In this document: piece after piece, positions 34,715 through 46,630 of the stretch
Numbering within the stretch: the first letter of the stretch is position 1
Layout of the letters: every line of letters begins with the position of its first letter
NCBI GenBank assembly: GCA_010015805.1
Contig: ML978133.1
Location: 806,001 to 860,553 of the forward strand
Source: Rhizodiscina lignyota
Taxonomy: Eukaryota
Length of the DNA: 54,553 nt
Reading direction: 5' to 3'
Translations under genes and position numbers: made by a program
Notes under the pieces: model-generated
Seen by the model: the letters and a program-made list of their open reading frames with translations, nothing else
What the model was told of the DNA's origin: nothing
Databases searched by the model: none

Positions 34715-36094
34715 ATGTCCTGGGGCCCTCCAACGGGCAATCATGCCTCAGACACCCATATGTCGCTGGACAAATCACAGGAGATGACGACCGCTATACA
34801 GTCGAAAGCATCGGCGCGTTTGCTGAAGGAGCCGGCGACGGACCAGGAGTCGATGGTCCCCATCCGGACAAAGGATCGGGAACGCGCCCCGGCGGCGACG
34901 AGGCAGAAGATATTGGACAAGAAAAGCTGGGACTATATTGTGAGGAGCGGGCTCGCGGGAGGCATCGCAGGGTGTGCGGTATGCGATTCCATTGTCCTTC
35001 AATGCTACTGTTGATAGATGAAGTTCGGACAATGACTAATTTGAGTACAGGCCAAAACCGTTGTCGGACCCCTTGATCGCGTCAAGATCCTCTTCCAAGC
35101 GTCGAATCCTCAATTCCAAAAGTACACTGGCAGCTGGTCCGGAGTGGCGATGGCCATGCGAGACATCTATCATGGTGACGGTATACGGGGTCTCTTCCGA
35201 GGTCACTCAGCGACGTTACTCCGCGTCTTCCCCTACGCTGGTATCAAGTTTCTCGCATACGAGCAAATCCGCACGCGCATAATACCGGATAGGTCGTACG
35301 AGACGCCGATAAGACGCTTCATGAGCGGCAGCTTGGCGGGTATGCTAAGCGTGTTCTGCACATACCCGTTAGAGATGGTTAGGGTGCGCATGGCATTTGA
35401 GACGAAGCGCGAGGGACGATCAAGCCTTACGCGCACAATTAAAAAGATATATTACGAGCATCCCGAGCCTGCGATGAATAGTGCTGCGGCGATCAGAGGA
35501 GGCAACGGAAATCCCTTAGCGGCAACCGTGGCAGCAACCAGCTCCACGATACATACAGTGACGCCCCGGTATGGCGTTGCAAACTTCTTCCGAGGCTTCA
35601 CGGCCACGCTGTGTGGTATGCTACCGTACGCAGGCGCGAGCTTCCTGACCCACGACACAGCTAGCGATCTGCTTCGTCATCCCGCAATCGTGGCATATAC
35701 TACCATTCCAGGTACTGCCGGGGCAGCATACTCTTACAACACAGATCACGAATCCCTCAAACTTTTAAACAAACCCTCAAAACGACAAGCAACTGATCCA
35801 CATAAGCCACCGCAACTCCGTTCGTGGGCCGAGCTCTCAGCTGGCGGTTTCGCCGGCTTCGTCAGCCAGACCGTGTCATACCCTCTCGAAGTGATCCGCC
35901 GGCGTATGCAAGTCGGCGGCGTGGTCGGCGATGGACACCGACTCGGCATGACGGAGGTCGCAGCAGCGATTTTCCGAGAAAGAGGGTGGAAGGGGTTCTT
36001 TGTGGGCCTGGGCATTGGCTACGTCAAGGTCATACCGATGGTCGCAACGAGTTTCTTTGTATATGAGAGGGGCAAATGGGCTTTGGGGATATAG
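34715..36094 (+). CDS. LEU5: Mitochondrial carrier, Leu5/SLC25A16-like CoA transporter, 2 exons (start may be 34759)
   Basis: DYIVRSGLAGGIAGCA|AKTVVGPLDRVKILFQASNPQF.KY, GHSATLLRVFPYAGIKF, YPLEMVRVR, YPLEVIRRRMQ. Confidence 0.88.
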
Positions 36095-37203
36095 ATATTT
36101 ATGCTGCTGGAGAGTGCTTTCTCCAATTTCGTTTGTGTTCATTCTGTGGGCGTTTGATGGGTTGCGGGCTGGCATGAGAGGACCGCGACCTACACAGCGC
36201 GGGAGCCCCTCAACCATTTGTGGATCGGTATGGGCTTTGGGCTGGTTCTTCATTGTGTTTATAGCAAAATGCCCGCGTTAAGCGACGGCGTGCTGCATTT
36301 GGCGGTCATGTAGATATTTCTCGTCTACGTTGTAGAAAGCGAGGACAATTCAGACGGCTCATGGAGCACTTTCTGAAAGAAGTAGTAGAGGTGAATCTAA
36401 ATTGAGTCCAGAATTAAAGCTTTCTGCTCCGTCGTGAATTTGAACCTGGAAGTCCCCGGCAGGCCATTTCCCTATTGGAACACGGCGTCTCATACTCCTA
36501 AAAACGCAGTCTATTTCTTCCCTCTTTCAATGATCATTAAGCATATGTACGGTGACAGGAAAAGTATTCCCGTCGACGAAAGGCTTCTAGGCGTTTTTGT
36601 CTCCAGTTCTTCTCCCGTCATCGTTCGATATGCTGCACTCTCTTTACCGACCTTGATTCCCGGAGCGATTAGCTTACTCCACCGACGCTCGATCGCTCCG
36701 ATCACGTTCCCCAACGTCGTGCTTTGAATATTAAGACAGCAGGCATTGGATTTCTGTTCCTCGCCATTCGTACCTTTATTCCCGTTTTCATGCATCATCC
36801 GTTGACGTCGGCGTTAACATAAAGTTGACACTCGTGGATGAGTCACTTAACGCCGGTTCCCTGAACTCGGAGTACTGCTCTCTCCTTACATTTACCTACG
36901 GACTATAAACCGGTGGCCGGAAGTGGTAAGCGCCCCGAGAAACTGCCCTTCCAGGCAGCAATTATCAGATTGATCTGATAAAATATATAAAACTGCCCTT
37001 CTCGTCTGATCGGACATCACCAGAGTTTAATGAATTCCTTTCGAAGAGTTTCAAATAAAAGACTCTTAGCTTCGACTACCAATTCCTCGTCTCCATTTCT
37101 GCTTCACGAAGCATCCCGTTACGGCCGTTCTCAAGCTTTGGATCTTCAACTCCTAAGATCGAGATACCTCTACTCTCAAAGCATCAACCATCAAGCGCCT
37201 AGA

Positions 37204-37905
37204 ATGACTTCCAACTGGAGCATTCCACCAACGGGGCAACCCGAGATGCCCGCCGGAATAATCGACCAACTTCAAGGCGTCGAGACCAAGGCCCAAACCC
37301 TCCTTAACCCCGACCCTCGCCTCCAGAAGGCACTGGACGCTTCCAAAGCCGCTGGCCTCCCTGAAATCTACATCTCCGAGCAGCAAGGACAGTACCTGTC
37401 CATCATATGCCAACTTGTCGGGGCTAAGAACGTGCTCGAAATCGGTGCCCTTGGCGGGTATTCCACGATCTGGTTGGCGAAGACCGGGGCGCACGTCACG
37501 AGTATCGAGATTAATCCCAAGCACCGAGACGTCGCGTTGGCCAACACCAAAGGCCAGGGGTTTGACAATGTGGACGTGATTTTGGGGTCATCGCTCGAAG
37601 TAATGCCAAAGTTGGCTGAAGAAGGGAAGAAATTCGACCTCGTTTTCATTGATGCCGGGTGGGGCGATCAATGGGACAACTTCCAATGGGCAGTCAAGTT
37701 GACGAGGAAGGGGGGTGCCATTTATCTCGACAATGTGGTGATGAAGATCCTTTATGCGAAGGAAGGGAAATCAGAGGAGACCTTGGTGGAGAAAGTTGGA
37801 AAGGACAAGAGGGTCGATGCTACCCTCATCAATACCATTGCGGCTTTCAGAGGCCACCCTGAAGCCATGGTTGACGGCTTCATATTGGCTACGGTCAAGG
37901 AGTAG
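37204..37905 (+). CDS. O-methyltransferase family 3 (catechol/CCoAOMT-like), intronless (ORF extends to 37030)
   Basis: AGLPEI.IS..QGQYL, VLEIGALGGYSTIWLA, FDLVFIDA, LDNVV, DGF. Confidence 0.85.
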   Translation: MTSNWSIPPTGQPEMPAGIIDQLQGVETKAQTLLNPDPRLQKALDASKAAGLPEIYISEQQGQYLSIICQLVGAKNVLEIGALGGYSTIWLAKTGAHVTSIEINPKHRDVALANTKGQGFDNVDVILGSSLEVMPKLAEEGKKFDLVFIDAGWGDQWDNFQWAVKLTRKGGAIYLDNVVMKILYAKEGKSEETLVEKVGKDKRVDATLINTIAAFRGHPEAMVDGFILATVKE

Positions 37906-38775
37906 CCATCGTGTCTGGACTGTCAGGCCTTTTGCGTCGTCTGTCTCTACTGAGCCTTCGCTCGCCGCTCCGTAGGACGATAACTAACTTTAGATGTGGG
38001 AAGAAGAATGGAATCTTGAATGAAATAAATTAATAAAATCCTGCAGGGTTACCAATTTACCTAGTAATATTTCCATAGCCAGCACTGTCCCAAAGTCCAA
38101 TGTGTAGAACAGCCGACTTGCTGGCACGGTAGAAGGCAATAACCCCAAAGACAGATTAGACTGGCGTGGTTTCTGCTAACAGAAGGCAAGGTGGGAGGTA
38201 GTAGTAAATGATGAGGAATTAACAGCAATAGGCTCTAGGCACATGGCAAGTCTGTCTCTGGGCAGTGGACGCGGAAGAAAAAGAAAGAGCTGGATATTTT
38301 CTCTGGAGCGAAGGGAGGCCCCGGAGATCAGCCGACTTAGGGGCCGTTCAACCTAATTTTAGGTGGCGTCAACCTAAACTTGGCACCTAGGCTTGGTTAG
38401 AGCGCTCCTCACGTCTACTCTACCTAGCCACCTTGACTTCCGAATTCCCCTCGTGGATTGCGATACATCAAGTATTTCCCATGCATCGTCCAAAGTAACT
38501 CATATGGGTTAATGCCACAATTTGTGTATATCAACTTACTTGGATTCTCGGTTGGTGGTGATTACACGTGCAATTCTCTACACAGCTCAAAGCGAAACCA
38601 GCCAGGTGGCTTAAGATCACCAGCACTCTGCTTCGTTCCTCTTGACGCTTCCTGTAGCTCCTACTAGGTTCTCCAAGGGCATATATATGACACCGCTGCT
38701 GGCACCGCGGAACCCTCATCAAGAATCACAAAATCCAGGTCCAACAGATTCCAAACTTCTTAACGTGAGATCAGA

Positions 38776-40095
38776 ATGGCGAATTTGGCGACTCTCCCAC
38801 TTGAAATAGCTCGCCGTATCGCATCAGAAACTACATTCGAGTCGATATGCTCTCTTTCCTGTGCCAGTCGTCGCCTTCGGCAAGCTTGCTTGGACTGGAC
38901 TGTTTTTAGAGATCTGTTACGCCGTATTCATGATGATACCTCTCAATATGTTTCCCGAAGTGGCTCAACAGAACTCTCGGCTTGGAGGCACTGGGCTCTT
39001 GCGGAATCAAAGGCGTGCGGAGCTAGTGGCCTTGAATCTGATTTTGCTGTGTGGGGTCCTCAAATTATAGCACTTAATCGTAAGGCCCTTTCAACTACTC
39101 TGGAGATTTTGACGTCTAATAGTTGATCAGATCCTTTACATGCGAATATCCACCTTTTTGCGGTTTTCAGACGAATTGGCGAGCTTTCATCCCGCAACGC
39201 ATATGCGTATGCCTTTTGTTTCGCAGCTCGTGCGCTTTCATACGAGCTGTCCTCAGATGGCGACGCCGATGCATTCTACTCGTGCATAGAGGACGCAATA
39301 TGCGGTTCGGATTTGCCCCCGTCCTTTGCACGTATCACCGACTCTAGAACTACTGGGTTGAATATATTGGGCTCTCTGTGGGAAGAAGAGTGGGACTGGG
39401 AGACAGGCCTCCGGTCATGGCCTCCAGAGGACCAAGGAATGCATGTAAAGGCACTCAAAGCACTCGGCGTCTTGGGCGTCGAGCTCAAGTCTGCTGTCCA
39501 TACTGGAAAACTGAAACCAATCGACACGACTGTAAACGGGCCACCCGACGCTACCAATCCGATGAACGTCTCAATTCCAATACGAATTCTAACGTCAGTC
39601 ATTGACATCCCCTTCGCAGAGTTCATGAATCTCCCAGTACCTTTTGACAGAGCCTCGGCAGATCAACTCAGGAGGTGTCATCTGTCGACGATGACTACGA
39701 ACGAATTCATTCAAGACGGTACATGGACAGGAATTATTTACTGGCCAGGCGCCTTCCAATATTTGCTTCCCTTTGAGCTCTCGACCATCCCCGATGACGC
39801 AGATGCAGACGTTTTGGAACTGAAATCGGACCGAGTCTTTTCCCTGTCTCTAAACGGCTACTTTAGAATCACGTTGAGGAAAAGCAGTGGGGTAGCTCTT
39901 ATCTCTTTTGAAAAGAGCGCCAATGATCGATTTCCTTTGCCGTGGCAAGGCGTACTGACGCCGTTCGGCTTTATAGGGAGCACTACCGATGGTTTTGGCG
40001 CTTGGTTTTGGTTGTGGAAGAGCAATTGGTCTGGACAGTGCGATGTGGCTAATTTAGTCAAAAGCGAGGCTTCAGCAAGGGGATTTCTTCTTTGA
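38776..40095 (+). CDS. F-box domain protein, probably 2 exons
   Basis: N-terminal LATLPLEIARRIA...SICSLSCASRRLRQAC F-box pattern; GTAAGG donor near 39080; C-terminal W.GVLTPFG.IG...G.WFWLWK. Confidence 0.6.
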
Positions 40096-40545
40096 GACTG
40101 CTTACAGACTGAGCGCAAATGAGCCCCAAGATCGACCTCCCGGCCACGACGGTTTCGATGGAACACTTTGGATTGCGGAAATTGGCATCTTCATCTCATC
40201 CAGTACAACTCTGGGAGATCCCGAGCAACTGTCGGAGGGTGTTCGCTAGGCCTTAGCGCCCTTTGCCGTGTGTATATCCCACACTACCTGCAGTGAGCTT
40301 TCTTCCTTCAATCAACTCTTTTCAATTGTGATTGACAGCAACCTAGTTCTCGAAGTGGCACGACTCCCCGCACATCTGGACCAGGTATGGGAACGCCCTT
40401 GTTCCATGTCGAACTGGTCCGTACACTGCTGCAGTGTCGATCAAGCAGACCCAAGTAATGCGCATCTCAAACGTAGACCAAAGCGAATCGCTCGCTGACG
40501 ACAATTACTTCGCAGACAAAGACAGGCAGTCATTAGGAATTTGCA

Positions 40546-40870
40546 TTGTCTGCCGTAATTGTCGTCGGCTTCGGTGTCGTCGGGCTGGCAGTTGTGGCCA
40601 TCCCAACGCTGACAATCACCTACATTGACTGCTACAAGCCGGCGGCTAGCGAAATCATGGTGATTACGACTGTGTGCAAGAACACGTTTGAGTTCGGCAT
40701 GACCTACTACATGAACGATTGGGCAGTAGCCGAGGGCTTTATGCCGCCTGTTATGCTTGCTGATGGTAATGACGGGGGGAATAACGTTGATTGGCACGAT
40801 TGTATGCTTGTTCTTTCGCAAAACGTGCAGGCGCTGGACGAAAGACTCCAAATTACATCAGTTTTGAAAG
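40546..40870 (+). pseudogene. Fragment of an MFS transporter C-terminus (DHA1/Hol1-like), frameshifted, no 5' part
   Basis: VIVVGFGVVG..VVAIPTL.ITY-IDCYKP...EIMV..TVCKNTF.FGMTYY.NDW....GF.PPVML, after which similarity continues only in another frame. Confidence 0.6.
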
Positions 40871-41411
40871 ATGAGCAGGAGAAGGAGATGGTAGTCAGCG
40901 ATCTAAACGTATTGGAATGGGTAGGAATTTGGTGGTCCAATACAATTACGTAAGCTTGACTAGAGATCCACCTTGGATTCTAGGGGCTTAGCCCACCCAA
41001 AATTCGGTACGATCCCACCAAAATCTCTCGCCCCGGGGTACTAGCTCCTTCCCGCTGCACCCTTGCTTCAGGTGCGCCCTAATTTGTGGATCCTACGAGC
41101 TCTCACTGCATCTCACACTTTTCTACATTACTTCGCAGCAAACAGCCCAACCGACACTATACGCCGCCAAAGTTATTATAGTGTGTGATGCGACCTCTTT
41201 GAACACTGTAGAGATTAGCGTTTCATGCATGATATTCCTCTATATGCATCCGATATGCATTGCACTTGCTCCGCCTCAGCCTGATGCTGTTCAGCCTGAT
41301 GGATTTCCTCGCTCAATATCCCGAGCCTTGTAGGTCATTTCAAACTTGTCGTTTGAATTTCAATTGTGTCAATTCTTCATCGTTCCAACTGTATGTACAT
41401 TGTGGAACAGA

Positions 41412-42643
41412 ATGGCGGTTATCGGGCTGTCGTCGGAAAACAGCACGACGGTCAGCCTTCCACTTGGGACATCGAATCATGGCAACCCAGACTTGATCTG
41501 TTTCCCAGCCTCGTGGATGGACATTGTCACATTCTTTCTTGGAAACTATGTTGCCCACGTAGTCACCACTGTCACTCCGCCTGGGCTCTCACAGGGTCTA
41601 TTCTTTCAGTCGTTGATATACACTCTCGTCTTTCCCGGGATCGGAGTCGCAAGAGGAGTACAAGCTATTCTGAGCTTCGCCATATTTGCAGACTCGGACC
41701 TTGACAAGGCTGCTCGTGCCGGCGCCTTGTGCAGAGTTGTTCGCAAAGACCAATGGGCCAGGTCGGAGTTGGAGACACGTCTCGTCGACGATTACAAGCG
41801 TAAGCTCGTTGGAGTGTCTAGCTAAAGTATATAACGTTCTGACTCCTCATAGCTAGCTTCATCGCAAAGTTCCGCAAGTCGTCTATTTTCGGCCGATATC
41901 ACCTTCCCCCAGGCTACGCCTTCGCCCTGGTCCCCCGAAACGCACGTTTCGAGCGCGATGGATCCTTCTATCCAATGAATCTAAGCTCGCAGCGCAACGT
42001 CATCAAGATTTGCGTTTCAATTGCCCAACTGACCTTTGCCACCTTCACGCTGTACAACTCCCGCGGGGACCAGGTGAAGGAGTTTGGATACGCAGCATTC
42101 GGGCTGACAGCGACCATGTATGCGGTCATGTCGCTCCTGAATCTGTTCGGTAATGTGATGTGTCCTCAGTACTCAAGCGTTTTTATGGTCAGCACGTCAG
42201 TGATGGACGAGGCGGTTCAAAATCAAGGCTTCTTCGATATGATCGTGGCGAGACTGGACGATAAGAACCTGGATAACTACAGAGACACGCGAGAGCGTAG
42301 TTGGGCAAACAGGATCGAACTGCGGGATCTGCTTTGGCTCCCAATCTCGTTCGCTCCGACGGCTCTGTCGCTCGTGGTCATCTGGTGGATGAGTGGCTTC
42401 AAACCGGGAGACTCGACATTCACGCAACAGTTCTTCACCATGAGCTGGTTGGCGATTGGGTCTCTCGTCGGTATAAGAAGTACTCGATGGGAAGAAAAGC
42501 CACGGGAAGAAGTTACAGCTGCGAATCGGCTGGGCTGGCTTTGCGCGCAGATTGGGATTCTTCTTGTACTCGGGTCGTTTGTTGGATACGCATTTTATGT
42601 TGTTGCGCTCGAAATCATCCAGTTTGGGATTTGTAAATCATGA
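41412..42643 (+). CDS. Hypothetical multi-pass membrane protein, 2 exons
   Basis: C.PASW.DIVTFFLGNYVAH, AARAGALC.V, LY..RGDQ...FGYAAFGLT...YA.MS..NL; several hydrophobic segments; intron near 41812-41851. Confidence 0.7.
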
Positions 42644-43140
42644 GCTTGTATGTATGTTGGATATTTTGCATCTTCTTGTTCCCTGCCGATGTATCTCTTC
42701 GGCTCCACGTCGTAATGGGCCGCCGAACCGATAGAGTAAACCTCTCGTGGCCACGTGGCAACATGCTACTATAATGCGACTTTCCCTCGATTTAGCAGTG
42801 CTGTGCGTGATTAGTGTTATCTAAAATCTCCGAGAGTCCAATGGTGCCGACATATGTTGCATCAATAATGGATGCGTATGCCTCTCGTACATCGTGGACT
42901 GGGAGCAACAGCTTTCATGTTTCCACATCTCAAGTGATCAGGGTATACTCAAACCCCATGTACGCTCACGTAGACATCCATATGGACTCTCTAAGCTCTC
43001 CTGGCCCCACTCTGCATAACTTCTCACAGCCACAATGGATGGCGCTCGCCTGCTAAAGTCTTGGCTGGCAGCCCAGTCGAGTTCAGCCCTGCTATGCATC
43101 GTTCTCGGGATTTCACTCTTCTAACATCATTATCAGAATT

Positions 43141-43698
43141 TTGAAGAACACGGAATATTCACCCATCTTTGGCATCATGAGGTCCGGTTCGACTCCATTT
43201 GACATTGTTGGCCTCATCAACTTGAAATTCTTTACCAAGGGGTTGAGAAAGGCTCTGAGATGTGAAGGCGGGCCCAAATCGGACCAACAATTCGAAGAGC
43301 GGCAATGTCAGGATCTGTTATCCATCTTGAAACAATCCACAACGCCCAGTATATTCTGTGTTCCGGGCCAATATCACAGTAGTATCGAGGAGTATGCTGC
43401 GCGAACGGCAGAACTCATAAAGCGCTTTAAGAAACCCACCAAAAGACACAATATATCGAGGGGGAAAGCATCACAACGTAGATTGTTTAGCAGCGCTCAT
43501 CGAAAGAACGTACAGGACAATTTGGACGAATTCAAGCGACTCAAAACGTCTCTGCTCGACTTCGTGCACCATACAGCGGACAGATGGGAGCAAGTTTTAA
43601 AATCTACAGAGTGGGTTATCACTGTCCGGATGAAGCACTTGTTCTGGTCTAACTATTCTTTTAGGCTGGGGCTGCTCTTGTGTCCCTTCCTTTCTTAG
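43141..43698 (+). CDS. Hypothetical ORF, possibly a partial or degenerate gene
   Basis: 185-codon open frame with helical/basic composition; no motif recognised. Confidence 0.25.
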   Translation: MKNTEYSPIFGIMRSGSTPFDIVGLINLKFFTKGLRKALRCEGGPKSDQQFEERQCQDLLSILKQSTTPSIFCVPGQYHSSIEEYAARTAELIKRFKKPTKRHNISRGKASQRRLFSSAHRKNVQDNLDEFKRLKTSLLDFVHHTADRWEQVLKSTEWVITVRMKHLFWSNYSFRLGLLLCPFLS

Positions 43699-44000
43699 AC
43701 GCAAATGGAAAACAACTTATACCTGTAATGACCTAGCACGTGTGCTCCAATTCTTGCAGAGCCAACGAACTCTCAATTTGTATTTTCCGGAGATAGATAA
43801 TGAATCAAGCTGGATGTGTTAACCGGAAGGGCTTGGAATGGCTTGTAATGAATTTTGAAGGAAGAAAGCTCACTGCGGGTGGTGTGGGATATATACATGG
43901 CAAAGGGGGCTCTGAGGCCCAGCGAACACCCTCAGACAGGTGTTAAGTGAGATTTGCTCATTGCTTCCCAATATATTACACACTCGTCTCGGATAGAGCA

Positions 44001-45137
44001 TCAGCACGAGATATCGAGCAACCTCTTCCCACAGGAAGCAATCGCCGCGTCGCGAATGGAGTAGTCGATCAGCTTCCCCGTGCCCGGAGCTATGGCCTCG
44101 GTGAAATTGAAGTCCGCAGGCACCGTGAAGCCTCCAAACTCCTGCCTGACGTTGATGATGTTCATCAACCCCTCCTCGTTCACCGTGAAGTTGCCTCCTG
44201 GGGACACCTCGCCGGTATCGGCCTGGATTGCGGCGGTGTAGTCCAGTTCCGCGGTCTCGAGCGTAACGTTTAGCTGTTTGGCAATTGCATTCACAGAGCA
44301 GTTCTTGTTGGCCGGGTTGTTTAAGTAGAGGTTGGCGGCGTACATGGCGGAGACGAAGCGCGTCAGCTTCGGAGTCATCGTGGCGTTGGCCAGGGCATCT
44401 TCACGGATGGTGAATGCGGTAGATACAACCGGGTCGACAACGTCGGCGACATACGACAGGATGTTCAAGCGCTGCGCAGCAGGTAGCGTTTCGGCTGCTG
44501 CGGTGAACGGGTATGTGAGGATAGTTGCATAGACTTCTGTCCCATTCGGAAGGGTTCCTGCGACCAAGTCGGGATAGCGGAGATTCGTGCTCCCCACAGT
44601 CTGTGGTATTCAGCATTTCGTGTCTTACATGACGATCTTGTTAGCATCCCGTACCTGAAAATAGTAATCTCCATTTTCCAGCAGTAGACCATGGGACTCT
44701 AGAATCTTCCTGAGGAGATAGGCATATCCAGACACCGGCGAGTCCACAATCAATGGCTTTCCCTTCAAATCTTCGACAGTCGTTATATTCGGAGCCGAAG
44801 CCAGTGTCAAATCCGGGCCTTGATCCAGTTGACCAATAACGGTGAGGGTTTCATTAGAGTTGAAGCGAAGATTGACAGCATTGTCGATTGTACCAGTCAG
44901 GATATCATAACCGCCATTCAGGACCTGAGCGTACGCATACGTCGAGTTCGGAACCGCTTCAAAGATGACATTAAGTCCAGCCTCGGTAAACAGACCTAAC
45001 TGATTTGCGACCGAGTAAGTTGCTGTCTGCGTAAAAGCGCCGAACACGACGGTCTCTAGCGCCGATACATTAACAGCCGCCAAGATGCAAAAGATTGCCA
45101 GCAACATGTTGCCACATGAAGTGGTGAGAAGAGACAT
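44001..45137 (-). CDS. Secreted protein with periplasmic-binding-protein type 2 fold (NMT1/THI5/SsuA-like), 2 exons
   Basis: Signal peptide; VA..LGLF.EAGLNV, TVEDLKGK.L.VDS..SGYAY.LRKILE..GL; intron near 44602-44654; 10 NxS/T sequons. Confidence 0.75.
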
Positions 45138-46630
45138 GAACTAAAAGGAAACATGTTTCTTCTCCGCAGCATCCTCCGGAAAATAAAAGTAGAAAAGAGC
45201 CATCCGCGCAACACATTAAGGGATGAATCGATCCGGGGAAGCGTGTGGTGGCGTCGACTTTAGCCATTCTGGCCTTCCTGATTGGCATCCGCATAGCACG
45301 TTATACTTATAGAGACTAAGTCTGGAGCGAAGGATTCTTAGCGTATTAAGGTTATATGTACCTGAATGATCCATTCTGGGGGTTATTGGGCCGACGGATG
45401 TGGGTTGATGTCGATGGCGGAGTGACCCCTGGACGCGGCCGTGAAGGATGGCACTTGCTCTTGGCAACCGGCTGGGAGCAGAGCGACAGGTGGGATGTAC
45501 CGAACTTTATGTGGCTCAGCCCCTAAAATCGGTTCATCTCCGGGTGCCTGACTCGCCTCTAGGATACAGACTCCTTTGCGTTACTACTCTTTCTGTATGA
45601 TCCTCACGACCAGCTCAGGTCAAATCAGTCACTTCAACACAAACACTGAACACACATCGATCGCAAATGTTAAAAAAAGATTCAGGCTTCGAGCCCTTAA
45701 ATTGTCAAGAGCCCTACTCTGCCTCTATTCCCAACACCCATCCCCAGCGCCTTGATTCACAGATAATCACGGGCTCAGTTCAGTGCGCCTCTGCAGCTCC
45801 AGACTCTTTATAGGTACAGCTCCCCATTTTAGCAGCCAAGGAAAGATATTCTGCGCGCCAGCGAATGATGTGAACGGGTGCTTGACACATACTATACATG
45901 CTCCTCCTCTCCTCCCCTTCCTCCTCATTACAATCGCTCCTTCGCGGATATTATGCGCAGCGTGTTCCAGCTGCTTAGGTAGCGTAGTCCAAAAGGCCCC
46001 CGCCGAAAGCTATCCCATGGTGACGCCGTCCGAGTTTGATGAACACGAAGGTATGAACATAGGAAACAAGTGGATACATTGCGAAGATGGGTGCCATCCA
46101 GCGAGCGAACGTCTGAAGGGGGGTATGCAAGCAGCCAATCCTGAAGAAAAAAGCTCTGCCATACAAGCGAAAGCATGCAAAAAGGTATTGTCGGCGCCAC
46201 CTAAATGTGCAATATAGGCTTTCTTCTTCCAGCCATGCGAGAATATACAACGGCAGAACAAAGGAAAATCGGGTTTAAAATGTTTGGCGCAAAAGTGGGA
46301 AAATGGTATCAGCTCGGTCCCAGTCTATAAACCACCGCCGCCAAAGGCACTCCGTGTCGCAAATGGGGGTATGAAGGGTAAAAGCAAAAAGGAGTGTGCA
46401 AAATCTGCAACTCCCGATTATCCGGTCGACAAAATATGCCCGCCTGCTAGAACGTCTCAAAAGCTAGAACAGTAAGATAAGAATATAGATGGGGAAAGAA
46501 ACATTGAGAAAAAGTGAGAGTCGTCGACGCCGGAAACGCCCTCGTAGATTCCGTCCATCTCGTCATCTCCAGAGAATCAGCAGGCCGTCCCAGAGACATG
46601 AGGATAGGAAAGCGTTGGCGAACGTCGAGA

